Source of the DNA: a virus | Lineage: Duplodnaviria > Heunggongvirae > Uroviricota > Caudoviricetes | Virus record (IMG/VR): IMGVR_UViG_2778261573_000004 | Span: 1 to 44,824 of that record | DNA: 44,824 nucleotides | Direction: 5' to 3' (one strand) | Shown here: positions 34,368-43,153 of the stretch, in pieces | Layout: each line of letters begins with the position of its first letter | Numbering within the stretch: the first letter of the stretch is position 1 | Made by a program: the position numbers and the translations under genes | Notes under the pieces: model-generated | The model's input: only the letters and a program-made list of their open reading frames with translations | The model's database searches: none | What the model was told of the DNA's origin: nothing

Positions 34368-35057
34368 TCACACCATCCCGTTCGACTTGTTGCGGTTGTA
34401 CTTGGCCAGCAGCAGCTGGATCGGCGTCGGCCCTTGCTCGGCAGCTGGTGCGGCAATAGCCCGGCGTACCGGCGGCACTGGCTTACCCTCGGTGACGCGC
34501 CTTTCCCACATGTCCAGCAGATCGCCTGCCTCGCGTGCCAGTTCACCATGCGTTAACTGGCGCTCGGTGCTGCGGTGGCGCAATTCTACGCAAATGTGGT
34601 ACATGACCGGCTGCGACCATGGAAATTGCTCGCTGGAGATGAATTCGAACGAGCGGTTACGCCAGTCCCAGTATTCGGCGATCACCTGGTCAACGTTGAC
34701 GCCCAGCGCGCCGCCGCTCTGCTTGCACCAGGCGACGAACTGGCCCGGCGACGGCAGGAATGGGCGCTCCTGGCGGCGGGCAATGCGCATGCCGGCATCG
34801 ACCTGAGCCATGGTGTGGATCCCGTTCTCCTGAAACGCCAGCAGCCACTGACGGCGGAATTCGTTCAGGTCTTCCTGGGTGCGGAAGTTCGCCATGCTGG
34901 CCGGGAACGCGGCGCGCAGCTCGTTGAACAGCTTGTTGAATACCTGCGCCACCTGCTCGACCGGCGCGCACTCCTGGTACTGCTCTGGCAGGTTATGGGC
35001 CATGCGGCTCATCTGCTCGCGGTCGTGGTTACGCATCTGCTCTGCAAGAGATTTCAT
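34368..35057 (-). CDS. P: Replication protein P (helicase loader)
   Basis: MKSLAEQMRNHDREQMSRMAHNLPEQY and RRQERPFLPSPGQFVAWC closely match lambda P (MKNIAAQMVNFDREQMRRIANNMPEQY; RRQNRPFLPSPGQFVAWC) as I recall it. Confidence 0.9.
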   Translation of the reverse strand: MKSLAEQMRNHDREQMSRMAHNLPEQYQECAPVEQVAQVFNKLFNELRAAFPASMANFRTQEDLNEFRRQWLLAFQENGIHTMAQVDAGMRIARRQERPFLPSPGQFVAWCKQSGGALGVNVDQVIAEYWDWRNRSFEFISSEQFPWSQPVMYHICVELRHRSTERQLTHGELAREAGDLLDMWERRVTEGKPVPPVRRAIAAPAAEQGPTPIQLLLAKYNRNKSNGMV

Positions 35058-35962
35058 CGGATCACCCCATAGGCCCAGTCAGTGTTGTTGAAGTCCAGAT
35101 CTGGCTTGACAGCGCGCTGCTCACCTCCGGCGTTACGCTGCATTGTCAGCTTGTCCCACTGCTTACGCAGGCTTTCGGGACTCAGGATGTTGGTCTGCCA
35201 GAAGTGGTGTTTGCTAGCCCAGTCATACAGCGCGCAGATGTCCTGGTGCGACCGGTTGTCTATCTGGCGCATCAGGCGAACAGTGTTAGACCAGGAGGTC
35301 ATGTCCGGGGCTTTGCAGGTTGGGTTAATCAGCTTCACCCTGGAGGAAATCCACTTAGCTGTCTCGAGGTCTTCAGCAGAGCCCCACTTCGCACCGGATG
35401 GTGTGTAGACCGCAGCTTCAGGATGAGTTGATAAAAATTTCTTCAGACGTGCGTCAGAGGATTCGTCAGAATTCTCGGACGAAGATCTTTTAATACTGTT
35501 CTTGTTCTTGTATTGGGTGTCTACCGTTTTCGGGAAGGTTATTCCTGATTTCGGGAAGGATTTTCCCGTTTTCGGGAATTTTCTTCCCGTTTCCGGTTTG
35601 TCTAAAATCCATGCTGAAAGGTCAGTGTTTACACCGACGATTTTCATCATGCCCTGCTTCTGTGAAAAGATGATTTTGCGTTCTGCGAGAGACTTAAGCG
35701 CGTCCGATACATGCGTATCGCTCAGGCCCGTAAGCTCGGCAATAACCGTATTTGTCACGCGGTCCTGTTTCTTGTTCCAGCCGTAGGTAAGCCAGATCAC
35801 CGCCTCAAAACATTGCCATTCCCGGCCTGACAGTCTCAGGCGAGGCTTAAGCTGTTGGATCTCGTTAGCGACCTTGGTATACCCGTTCGACAGGTCGGCC
35901 ATACGACCTCCCGGTTGTTCGGTTTTATTTGGGAAATTGATTATTTCAGCGGTGTTTGACAT
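35054..35962 (-). CDS. O: Replication initiator protein O
   Basis: Start at MSNTAEIINF (lambda O begins MTNTAKILNF); TYGWNK motif; the gene contains the iteron array. Confidence 0.9.
   Translation of the reverse strand: MSNTAEIINFPNKTEQPGGRMADLSNGYTKVANEIQQLKPRLRLSGREWQCFEAVIWLTYGWNKKQDRVTNTVIAELTGLSDTHVSDALKSLAERKIIFSQKQGMMKIVGVNTDLSAWILDKPETGRKFPKTGKSFPKSGITFPKTVDTQYKNKNSIKRSSSENSDESSDARLKKFLSTHPEAAVYTPSGAKWGSAEDLETAKWISSRVKLINPTCKAPDMTSWSNTVRLMRQIDNRSHQDICALYDWASKHHFWQTNILSPESLRKQWDKLTMQRNAGGEQRAVKPDLDFNNTDWAYGVIR
35524..35602. repeat. ori iterons (four direct repeats of about 21 bp, core TTTCGGGAA) inside the O gene, with adjacent AT-rich segment 35481-35520
   Basis: CCGTTTTCGGGAAGGTTATTCC / TGATTTCGGGAAGGATTTTCC / CGTTTTCGGGAATTTTCTTCC / CGTTTCCGGTTTGTC; encodes the repeated FPK(T/S)G linker of O; same arrangement as ori-lambda. 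Confidence 0.75.
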
Positions 35963-36047
35963 ACTTACTCCCGTTACTTGCCGTAACACAGTGTGATAAG
36001 GGCCTTTGAAGTTACCGCTTCAAGGGCTTTTTCTTTTCTTGTGCCTC

Positions 36048-36593
36048 TCATATAACCCCCAGCATCGATGTAACCATCGTCATCAGCGGTCCTACCTGCT
36101 CCGGCATGAGGCGGAACAGCGACGCTATACCCTCGCTTACCTCTTTGAGCTTCTGATGCTCTGGAGCGTCCAGCAGCACGGCCTGTTTAGCCTCGGCACA
36201 CTCTTTCATCGCAGAGGCGATCAGCGACATCGTGTCGTTCTGCTGCGCCAGACGGTTTCGGTACTCCAGCGGCAGGACCGACATGATTGCCGGGGCCAGC
36301 TGGCGAATGTTGTTGGCGGCGTATTCGGTATCGCCATCAATCCATCGAAACACTTTCTGCATCTGGCGGTGCGAGTCAGTCGGGATATCCAGACCGGTTC
36401 CGCCGGACGCCCGCCACTCTTCCACGATCAGCGCGGCGACAAATTCACGGCTTCGGCAATCAGCTGCCCAGGCGCGAACAGCAGCGCGGATCCCATCGAT
36501 GTTTAACGCCGCGGAATCAGGCTCCCGGCGATTCTGGTAAATCATCGCCGTTGGCGAAAATTTGTTACCTTGTTGATACGCAAGTGAATGCAT
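36048..36593 (-). CDS. Regulatory protein in the CII position (possibly YdaT-like)
   Basis: 181 aa immediately downstream of the Cro-like gene and upstream of O; family assignment is tentative. Confidence 0.35.
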   Translation of the reverse strand: MHSLAYQQGNKFSPTAMIYQNRREPDSAALNIDGIRAAVRAWAADCRSREFVAALIVEEWRASGGTGLDIPTDSHRQMQKVFRWIDGDTEYAANNIRQLAPAIMSVLPLEYRNRLAQQNDTMSLIASAMKECAEAKQAVLLDAPEHQKLKEVSEGIASLFRLMPEQVGPLMTMVTSMLGVI

Positions 36594-36610
36594 TGCTTTC
36601 CCTTTCGTGG

Positions 36611-36844
36611 TTAGGCCGCAGTATCACGCGGCGATGCGAATACCAGGCTTTCTTTTAGGACCGGAGCCTGGCGGTGAAAATTCTTCGTGCCTTTCTCGAT
36701 AGCAGATGCCATTTCTGGAGATGCCCGGCGATTTCCGTAGGCGATCTGGTCCAGGTAACCTGGCGTCGTGTTAGCCAACTTTGCGAGCTGCGCCCATTCG
36801 TCGGTAGTGGCGGCCTTGCGCCAGCGGTGTAGTTCAGTGCTCAT
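36611..36844 (-). CDS. cro: Cro-like HTH transcriptional regulator
   Basis: 77 aa, HTH-like segment (WAQLAKLANTTPGYLDQIAYGNRRAS); divergent from the CI gene across the operator region. Confidence 0.6.
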   Translation of the reverse strand: MSTELHRWRKAATTDEWAQLAKLANTTPGYLDQIAYGNRRASPEMASAIEKGTKNFHRQAPVLKESLVFASPRDTAA

Positions 36845-36876
36845 TGGTGTCTCCGGGTGAGTCGTTTGATTTGGAG

Positions 36877-36942
36877 TTTAGCGTTATGCTAAATACTACG
36901 CAAGCATCATTTAGCAATTTGCACATTTATCATTTTGCTAAA
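36877..36942. promoter_or_regulatory. OR-like operator cluster between cro and cI
   Basis: Perfect palindrome TTTAGCGTTATGCTAAA at 36877-36893 and near-copy TTTATCATTTTGCTAAA at 36926-36942, plus half-site TTTAGCAATTTGCA between them. Confidence 0.55.
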
Positions 36943-36960
36943 AGCAGTAACAATGCAGGT

Positions 36961-37638
36961 ATGGAAAATAAAGAAATCAGAAAAGCCAACCTGGAAGCGC
37001 TGTACGAGAAGCGTCAGCACGAGTCTGGAATGACCAAAGCGCAGTTTGCCGAGCTCATCGAGACAAGTCCGGCTGCGCTTAGCCAGCTACTGGGACCAAA
37101 CCCTCATCGCAATATCGGCGATAAGATGGCTCGCAAAATTGAAACTGCGCTTGATCTGCCTTTTGGCTGGATGGATGTTTTACACGCCAGTGAAGAACCT
37201 TCGAACGTTGCATTTCGAGGACTGAACGAGACAAAAGGAAGTTATCCTGTAATCAGCTGGGTAAGCGCGGGGCAATGGATGGAAGCTGTAGAACCTTATC
37301 ACCGAAGAGCGATAGATCGCTGGTATGACACGACTGTTGACTGCTCAGAAGATTCATTCTGGCTGGACGTTAAAGGGGATTCTATGACCTCCCCGGCTGG
37401 ACTGAGCATACCCGAGGGAGCAGCGATACTTGTTGATCCTGAAGTCGAGCCGCGCAACGGAAAGCTGGTTGTCGCGAAGCTAGAAGGCGATAACGAAGCG
37501 ACCTTTAAGAAGCTTGTAATCGATGCCGGCAGACGCTTCCTAAAGCCCCTTAACCCCGCATATCCAATGCTAGAAATTAATGGAAACTGCAAAATCATCG
37601 GCGTTGTGGTTGATGCCAAAATACTAAACATCCCATAA
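36961..37638 (+). CDS. cI: CI-type prophage repressor (HTH plus S24 LexA-like peptidase domain)
   Basis: Start at MENKEIRKANLEAL; N-terminal HTH; C-terminal VKGDSM (Ser nucleophile) and VVAKLEG (Lys) of S24 autopeptidases. Confidence 0.9.
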   Translation: MENKEIRKANLEALYEKRQHESGMTKAQFAELIETSPAALSQLLGPNPHRNIGDKMARKIETALDLPFGWMDVLHASEEPSNVAFRGLNETKGSYPVISWVSAGQWMEAVEPYHRRAIDRWYDTTVDCSEDSFWLDVKGDSMTSPAGLSIPEGAAILVDPEVEPRNGKLVVAKLEGDNEATFKKLVIDAGRRFLKPLNPAYPMLEINGNCKIIGVVVDAKILNIP

Positions 37639-37654
37639 CCTCACGCAAAACCCC

Positions 37655-37683
37655 TCAAGCCCGCCATCGCGCGGGCTTTTTTA
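37655..37683 (+). terminator. Rho-independent terminator after cI
   Basis: AGCCCGCCATCGCGCGGGCT followed by TTTTTTA. Confidence 0.65.
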
Positions 37684-37754
37684 CGTCCCGAATTCCTTCG
37701 CTGTAAATTTTTAATCGCTTATTAATCAATACGCTAAATAAAACCATTCAACAA

Positions 37755-37796
37755 TTTAGCATTTTGCTATTGCGCATAATTTAGCATCACGCTAAA
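37755..37796. promoter_or_regulatory. OL-like operator cluster downstream of cI
   Basis: Perfect palindrome TTTAGCATCACGCTAAA at 37780-37796 and near-copy TTTAGCATTTTGCTAT at 37755-37770; same consensus as the OR sites. Confidence 0.5.
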
Positions 37797-38214
37797 TTTA
37801 CCCCATCGAAACGAAACATCGACAGCTGAGCGAAGTTAGCCAGCGGCGGACAGCAAGTCGCCTGCTTTTTAACAACATGCAGATTTACAGCGTCAATGAC
37901 CTGTTAAGACCCCTACACGTAAACGTGCTGTATCACTGGGTGCGATCCGGTCGGTGAGAGAGTATCCCCGCGCGAGAGCGAGAACGGCGTGAGAACGGGC
38001 AACACTGGCAGGGAGTTGGCGCTGACCAATACAGGGAATGTTATGGGATGTGGTGAAGGGTTCATGGACGGGAATATGTCGCACGTAAAGCGGCGAGGCC
38101 CGAGGAGCTATTGCCGAAGATAAGTAGGCCGAATCGGGTCGAAATGGGTCTCCCACCTACCACATCGCCAAAGCATTTCTCCCGCATCAGCGGGTAACGA
38201 CAGAGGGTAAGGGG

Positions 38215-38511
38215 ATGATCGACGACATCAAGCGCATCGACTCAATGATAAATGCGCTTCGCAATATGAAACAGGACATCAAGCGTCAGCAGAAACTAAG
38301 TGAAATAAACAGTTTAGACCTGTCGCCGAAGCAAGCTCAAAAGCGCAATGCCGATGCTGACTGGATTGCGATGGAACAGATTAAGCGTCGGCATGAGCTG
38401 CACGCTCTGTCTGTTGAGCTTGGGTTCGCTGAGCGCCGGGAAAGTTATGCTCCATTTGAATTAACTGACGGGTGGCACCGATTCGACCACAAGCCGCGCG
38501 AACCTCAATAG
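38215..38511 (+). CDS. First early-left ORF, basic protein of unknown function (N-like position)
   Basis: 98 aa; RBS GGGTAAGGGG before ATG 38215; lies after a 400-nt untranslated leader from the OL region. Confidence 0.45.
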   Translation: MIDDIKRIDSMINALRNMKQDIKRQQKLSEINSLDLSPKQAQKRNADADWIAMEQIKRRHELHALSVELGFAERRESYAPFELTDGWHRFDHKPREPQ

Positions 38512-38667
38512 CCGCCTAACCAGCGGCTTTTTCATACCTGGAGTCATTTACGAGTGGCTCAAGTTATGACAACCGGCGGCCATCCACCGCCCATTGAAAC
38601 ACTGAATAAATGCGTTGAAGTCTTGTATTAACCGTTCCGTTCGCCGCGATAAGGCCAAGAGGAAATC

Positions 38668-38796
38668 ATGGTAAACCAGCAGCAGATCAGAGAGGCCCAA
38701 CGGCTCGCGTCGTTCGCGGTGCTCCATCGCAATGCTCCGGCGTGGGAAGAAGCAAAACGCCTTTACGCCGTCGCCATCGGGAGGACTCTTCACTGA
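38668..38796 (+). CDS. Small ORF (42 aa), translationally coupled to the next gene
   Basis: RBS AAGAGGAAA before ATG 38668; stop overlaps the next ATG (TGATG). Confidence 0.3.
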   Translation: MVNQQQIREAQRLASFAVLHRNAPAWEEAKRLYAVAIGRTLH

Positions 38797-38993
38797 TGGA
38801 AACTTTATTCGCACTCGTCCTGACCGTGGCAATGACCAACGGTGATTATCAGGATGTCATTCTCGGCGTTTACGACAGCCAGCAGGAATGCAGCCTGGCA
38901 GCTACAGAGCAGAAAGTGTCAGCTGAGTGCTGGCCGGTAGAAAGCATCATCCGCAACGGCGAGTTCCCGGCGAAATCCATCGCGCAGCAGTAA
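38796..38993 (+). CDS. Small protein with hydrophobic N-terminus (65 aa)
   Basis: METLFALVLTVAMTNGDYQ...; start inferred from coupling with the upstream ORF. Confidence 0.35.
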   Translation: METLFALVLTVAMTNGDYQDVILGVYDSQQECSLAATEQKVSAECWPVESIIRNGEFPAKSIAQQ

Positions 38994-39063
38994 CCACCCT
39001 ATTCAACCGATCGGCCTGGCATTACGCGGGCGGGATCTGCACATCCAAATTTCAGGAGAAACC

Positions 39064-40035
39064 ATGAGCGAAGTAACGGACTTAACTGTCATCGAAATCA
39101 AGCCGGAACAGGCCCCAGTGCTTTACGTAGCGGGCGGCCTTGACGCGTACCTTGAGCAAATCCGCCAGGCTGTAAACGAAGTGCCGGACCTGTCCACGAA
39201 GAAAGGCCGTGACCGTGTTGCCTCTCTGGCAGCGCAGGTGTCCCGCAGCAAGACGGCAATCGAAAAGCCGGGCCGTGAGTACCTGAAGCGCCTGAAAGAG
39301 GCTGTGCGTCCGGCTGAGGCCGAAATTAAGCGATTCGTTGATGCCTGCGACGAGCTGCGCGATGCGACCCGCCGCCCACTCACCGAATGGGAAGCCGAGC
39401 AGGAACGCATTAAGGCTGAAGAAGCCATGAACGCGATGCACGCCGAAGCGCTGGAGATGAACATCAGGTTCGATCAGGAGCTGGCTGCCAAGTTCGAAGC
39501 GGACCACGAAATGGCTCTACTGATGAACAAGGATTTTGACCGTGACCGCGAAGAGCAGCGCCGTCTGGCGGAACAGGCTCAGCGTGAACGTGATGAGCGG
39601 CTGAAACAGGAAGCGGCAGAACAAGCCCGCCGCGATGCCGAAGCGAAGCACAAAGCGGAGATTGAAGCCGCAGCGCGCCGTGAAGCCGAAGAGAAAGCCC
39701 GCGCTGAACTGGCGGAGCGCCAGCGCGTCGAAGCGGAACAGCGTGCAGCTCGCGAGAAGCAGGAAGCGGAAGCCCGGGCGGAACGCGAAAAAGCCGCGGC
39801 GGTTGAAGCCGAGCGCCTGAAGGCCAAACAGGCCGAAGATGCCCGCCTGGCCGAAGAGAAGCGCCTCGCCGATGAGCAGGCAAAGCGTGAAGCTGACGTT
39901 AAGCACCGCAAGACGGTCGGCACCAACATCGTTAACGCGCTCACCAGCCAAACCAGCTTAACCCGCGAGCAGGCTATCGAAGTGCTTACCGCTCTGAAAG
40001 ATGACCTGATCCCCTGCGCGAAAATTCATTACTGA
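39064..40035 (+). CDS. Charged coiled-coil protein with Glu/Arg/Ala-rich low-complexity core
   Basis: 323 aa; RBS GGAGAA before ATG 39064; the central region 39480-39900 is strongly biased (EAERLKAKQAEDARLAEEKR), producing open frames in all six frames. Confidence 0.55.
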   Translation: MSEVTDLTVIEIKPEQAPVLYVAGGLDAYLEQIRQAVNEVPDLSTKKGRDRVASLAAQVSRSKTAIEKPGREYLKRLKEAVRPAEAEIKRFVDACDELRDATRRPLTEWEAEQERIKAEEAMNAMHAEALEMNIRFDQELAAKFEADHEMALLMNKDFDRDREEQRRLAEQAQRERDERLKQEAAEQARRDAEAKHKAEIEAAARREAEEKARAELAERQRVEAEQRAAREKQEAEARAEREKAAAVEAERLKAKQAEDARLAEEKRLADEQAKREADVKHRKTVGTNIVNALTSQTSLTREQAIEVLTALKDDLIPCAKIHY

Positions 40036-40042
40036 GGCAACC

Positions 40043-40327
40043 ATGAACGCATACCTCACTTACGACCGCATCGAAGATCGGCGCTGGGCTGAGCAGCAGA
40101 TCACCGACGAGAAAGAGAAGTGGATCGACGACCGGGCGCAGAAAATCATCGACATGATGCCAAAAGAGCCATCCGGCCTCTTCCACTTCTCGGTCCCGAT
40201 TGACTCCAGCCCATACGAAGGGCTTCGCAGCGATAAAGCTGGCGAGGCCTACAACGATTTCATTTCGGCAGTTGCTTACGCCCAGGCGGAATACGACTGG
40301 GATCACCGTACCGGCTGCCCGTTTTAA
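40043..40327 (+). CDS. Hypothetical early protein
   Basis: 94 aa, tightly packed in the early-left operon. Confidence 0.45.
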   Translation: MNAYLTYDRIEDRRWAEQQITDEKEKWIDDRAQKIIDMMPKEPSGLFHFSVPIDSSPYEGLRSDKAGEAYNDFISAVAYAQAEYDWDHRTGCPF

Positions 40328-40338
40328 GGAGAGAGTTA

Positions 40339-40572
40339 ATGGCCCGCAGAAATTTACTCCACAAATCGAAATTAGCCGACTTTAAGGAGTGGCTCTCGAT
40401 GAACGGAATTCAGTGGAGAGATGGGAAAGGTAGTTACCAGGTGATCCAGGTGAATACGGGATGCGGCTGGACACCGATTTATGACAGCAGCAAAGAGCGA
40501 CGCGAGCATTTCACTATTCAGGATGCTCTCAGGCCTTTGGTAAACAGATTCATCAGAGAGGCTGCAAAATGA
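40339..40572 (+). CDS. Hypothetical early protein
   Basis: 77 aa, RBS AAGGAGAGAG before the ATG; 4-nt overlap with the next gene. Confidence 0.45.
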   Translation: MARRNLLHKSKLADFKEWLSMNGIQWRDGKGSYQVIQVNTGCGWTPIYDSSKERREHFTIQDALRPLVNRFIREAAK

Positions 40573-41072
40573 CAGATTCAAAAACACATTACCGCAAGGC
40601 ATTTGACTCCCCTTACCTCAGCAGCGCCGACATCGTTGAGCCAACGGTGCTGACGATCGCCCGGGCAACGTTAGAAAACGACAAAACAAAAAAATCCAAA
40701 GACGTTTTTAACACTGCTTATTTTGAAGAGCGCGAGCTGCGCCCTGGCGAAAAGCTTAAGCCGATGATTCTGAATGCCACGAACAGCAAGATGCTGAAAA
40801 GCATTACCGGATCCCCCTTCCTTGAGGATTGGGTAGGCGTGAAGGTCACTGTTTACGTCGATAAAAATGTCCGGTTCGGAAAGGAATCGGTTGAAGGTCT
40901 CCGCTTAAGCCCGGCGCGCGTCACAAAGCCGGTGCTTTCGCCGGAGAAAACGCAGGCTTGGAATAACGCTAAGGCCGCCTTCAAGCGCGATGGCAACCTT
41001 GATGCAGTGCTGGCGAGAATGGACATTTCTCCAGAGCATCGCCGCCAGCTTGAGCAGGAGTGTTCATCATGA
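40569..41072 (+). CDS. Hypothetical protein, possible partner of the exonuclease (recombination module)
   Basis: 167 aa immediately upstream of and overlapping the YqaJ-type exonuclease; function inferred from position only. Confidence 0.4.
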   Translation: MTDSKTHYRKAFDSPYLSSADIVEPTVLTIARATLENDKTKKSKDVFNTAYFEERELRPGEKLKPMILNATNSKMLKSITGSPFLEDWVGVKVTVYVDKNVRFGKESVEGLRLSPARVTKPVLSPEKTQAWNNAKAAFKRDGNLDAVLARMDISPEHRRQLEQECSS

Positions 41073-41692
41073 TCTGGCACGACGTCGAGCAAAACGGTGA
41101 AGAGTGGGACGCTCTTCGCCTGGGTAAGGCCACCGCTTCAAACTTCGGCCTGATCATGGCTAACGATGGGAAGGCTTTTGGCGAACCAGCCAAGCGTTAT
41201 GCCCTTCAATTGGCTCTTGAGCAGATTAAGGGGTGCAAGTCTGAATTTGGCTTTTCAAACGAGCACATGGAGCGCGGGCACGAACAGGAGCCAATTGCCC
41301 GCATGCTGTACGAAGAGATGAACTTCGTCGACGTGGATAACGGTGGGTTCTTTGATCACGAAACCTACGGTGACAGCCCAGACGGACTCGTTGGCCAGGA
41401 CGGGCTCGTTGAGATTAAGTCGGTCATTGCCGCCACTCACTACTCCACCCTAACCCGCGGCTCCTTCGATCCGGCATACAGATGGCAACTGGTCGGTCAC
41501 CTTGATTGCTCCGGCAGGGATTGGGTGGACTTCATCAGCTACTGCTCAGACTTCCCGGACGGTAAGCAGCTCATCGTTTATCGCCTTACAGCTGCTGAAT
41601 GTGAAACAGAAATAGCCCGGCTTCGCGCACGCAGAAATGATTTCCTCGAACTTGTTGCGGACACTAAGCGCCGCATACTGGAGCTCGAATGA
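41060..41692 (+). CDS. YqaJ-family viral recombinase exonuclease (lambda Exo-like, PD-(D/E)xK)
   Basis: 210 aa; WDALRLGKATASNFGLIM and GDSPDGLVGQDGLVEIKS match YqaJ/lambda-exonuclease active-site motifs. Confidence 0.8.
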   Translation: MFIMIWHDVEQNGEEWDALRLGKATASNFGLIMANDGKAFGEPAKRYALQLALEQIKGCKSEFGFSNEHMERGHEQEPIARMLYEEMNFVDVDNGGFFDHETYGDSPDGLVGQDGLVEIKSVIAATHYSTLTRGSFDPAYRWQLVGHLDCSGRDWVDFISYCSDFPDGKQLIVYRLTAAECETEIARLRARRNDFLELVADTKRRILELE

Positions 41693-42117
41693 AACGCACC
41701 CCCTTCTATCGCAGGCCCGGGCGAACCGGACAATTCTCCGGCCTCCGTGAGCGCGTTATCTGGATGATTCAGACGCGCGGCCGCCCGGTCACCGGTAGTG
41801 AAATCGCTGAGAAGTTTGGCGTAACGCTCATTGAGTTTAACCGGGTCGCCAACGGGATCACCCGCGGCTCCGGACAGATAGCTCAGATCGTTGAGTCGGA
41901 AAAATGGCTCAACGAGGACGGAATCTGCGACCGGACTTTCGACCTGGTCACGAAGCCGAAGGTTGTGACGCCGCAGGGCAAATCGCGCCTGTTCACCCGG
42001 CGCGCCATTGAGCAATCGCAGGAAGGTAGACGGCAGGAGTGCATAGCCCGTGCCGCCCGCCGTAGCCGCCTGATTGCTCAGGGCCTCTACATCGACGAAA
42101 TGGAGTCCATCCTATGA
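41689..42117 (+). CDS. Hypothetical protein
   Basis: 142 aa; overlapping start/stop with neighbours. Confidence 0.45.
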   Translation: MKRTPFYRRPGRTGQFSGLRERVIWMIQTRGRPVTGSEIAEKFGVTLIEFNRVANGITRGSGQIAQIVESEKWLNEDGICDRTFDLVTKPKVVTPQGKSRLFTRRAIEQSQEGRRQECIARAARRSRLIAQGLYIDEMESIL

Positions 42118-42272
42118 CTCACGCTCACGACGACATCAGGGTTGGCGCGGTGCGCCTTCCCTGGCTCAAAGAGAAAAACGGATGGTTGCTGCCGTGGGGT
42201 GAAGTCGTTACCAACCCACTGAAGGCGCAACGACTGGCTGAAGAACTTAACGAAAAGCAGGTGGCAGCATGA
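42114..42272 (+). CDS. Small ORF (52 aa; below the ORF-track size cut-off)
   Basis: ATG 42114 overlaps the upstream stop; its stop overlaps the Dam ATG (ATGA). Confidence 0.3.
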   Translation: MTHAHDDIRVGAVRLPWLKEKNGWLLPWGEVVTNPLKAQRLAEELNEKQVAA

Positions 42273-43153
42273 GATACGGCTCTGTTTGCAGTGGAGCTGC
42301 GGCGATGCCCATAGAAGAACCGGCGCTGCGCAGCTGGCAGCGCCCGTTCCTTAAATGGGCTGGCGGCAAATATTCGCTGCTGCCGGAACTGGATCGTTTG
42401 ATCCCCGCAGGTAAACGCCTTATTGAGCCTTTTGTGGGTGGCGGCTCGGTGTTCCTTAACTCAGACAAGCACGAACGCTTTCTTCTGGCTGACGTCAACG
42501 CTGACCTGATTAACCTGTATCAGATGCTGGCGGTGGTCCCCGACTCGGTGATCTATGAGGCAATGAAGGCATTCAGGCATCTGAATGATGCCGAAAACTA
42601 CACGGTAATTCGTGAAGCATTCAACGCGCAGCGGCTGGATGCGGTCGAGCGCGCAGCAGCGTTCCTTTACCTCAACCGGCACTGCTTCAACGGGCTGATC
42701 CGTTATAACCTGGACGGTTTTTTTAACGTCGGCTTTGGGAAATATAAAGCGCAATATTTCCCGGAAGAAGAGATCAGGGCATTTAAGCGGAAGGCTCACG
42801 CATGCGTATTCATGAATGCAGGCTTCAGGCGCACGCTCGCGCTGGCAGGTGATGGTGACGTCGTTTACTGCGATCCGCCTTATGAGCCGCTGCCCGGCAC
42901 CGCTGGTTTCACTAACTATGCGGCTGGTGGGTTCTCATGGGATAGCCAGGTAGAACTTACGGAAAGCTGTGTGGCAGCCCACCAGCGGGGGGCAAAAGTG
43001 GTGATCAGCAATTCTACCGCTCCGCGCGTAATTGAACTTTACGAACAGCACGGCTTCACGCTGCACCGCGTCAGTGCTCGCCGGGCTATATCCAGCAAAG
43101 GCAGTACCCGCGAAACAGCGAGTGATGTCGTAGCCACTTTGGGAGTGCAGTGA
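42269..43153 (+). CDS. dam: DNA adenine methyltransferase (Dam/D12 class N6-adenine MTase), orphan
   Basis: FVGGGSVF (AdoMet-binding FxGxG) and DPPY catalytic motif in the correct order; no adjacent restriction endonuclease. Confidence 0.9.
   Translation: MRYGSVCSGAAAMPIEEPALRSWQRPFLKWAGGKYSLLPELDRLIPAGKRLIEPFVGGGSVFLNSDKHERFLLADVNADLINLYQMLAVVPDSVIYEAMKAFRHLNDAENYTVIREAFNAQRLDAVERAAAFLYLNRHCFNGLIRYNLDGFFNVGFGKYKAQYFPEEEIRAFKRKAHACVFMNAGFRRTLALAGDGDVVYCDPPYEPLPGTAGFTNYAAGGFSWDSQVELTESCVAAHQRGAKVVISNSTAPRVIELYEQHGFTLHRVSARRAISSKGSTRETASDVVATLGVQ

Noticed and set aside
37893-38156. 87-aa minus-strand ORF in the early-left leader
   Set aside because: Antisense to the direction of early-left transcription, no RBS, Pro/Arg/Ser-rich composition typical of a spurious GC-rich frame.
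39464-39951. Minus-strand ORFs 39464-39883, 39517-39951 and 39579-39944
   Set aside because: Generated by the low-complexity GC-rich repeat of the plus-strand coiled-coil gene; opposite to operon polarity and without RBS.
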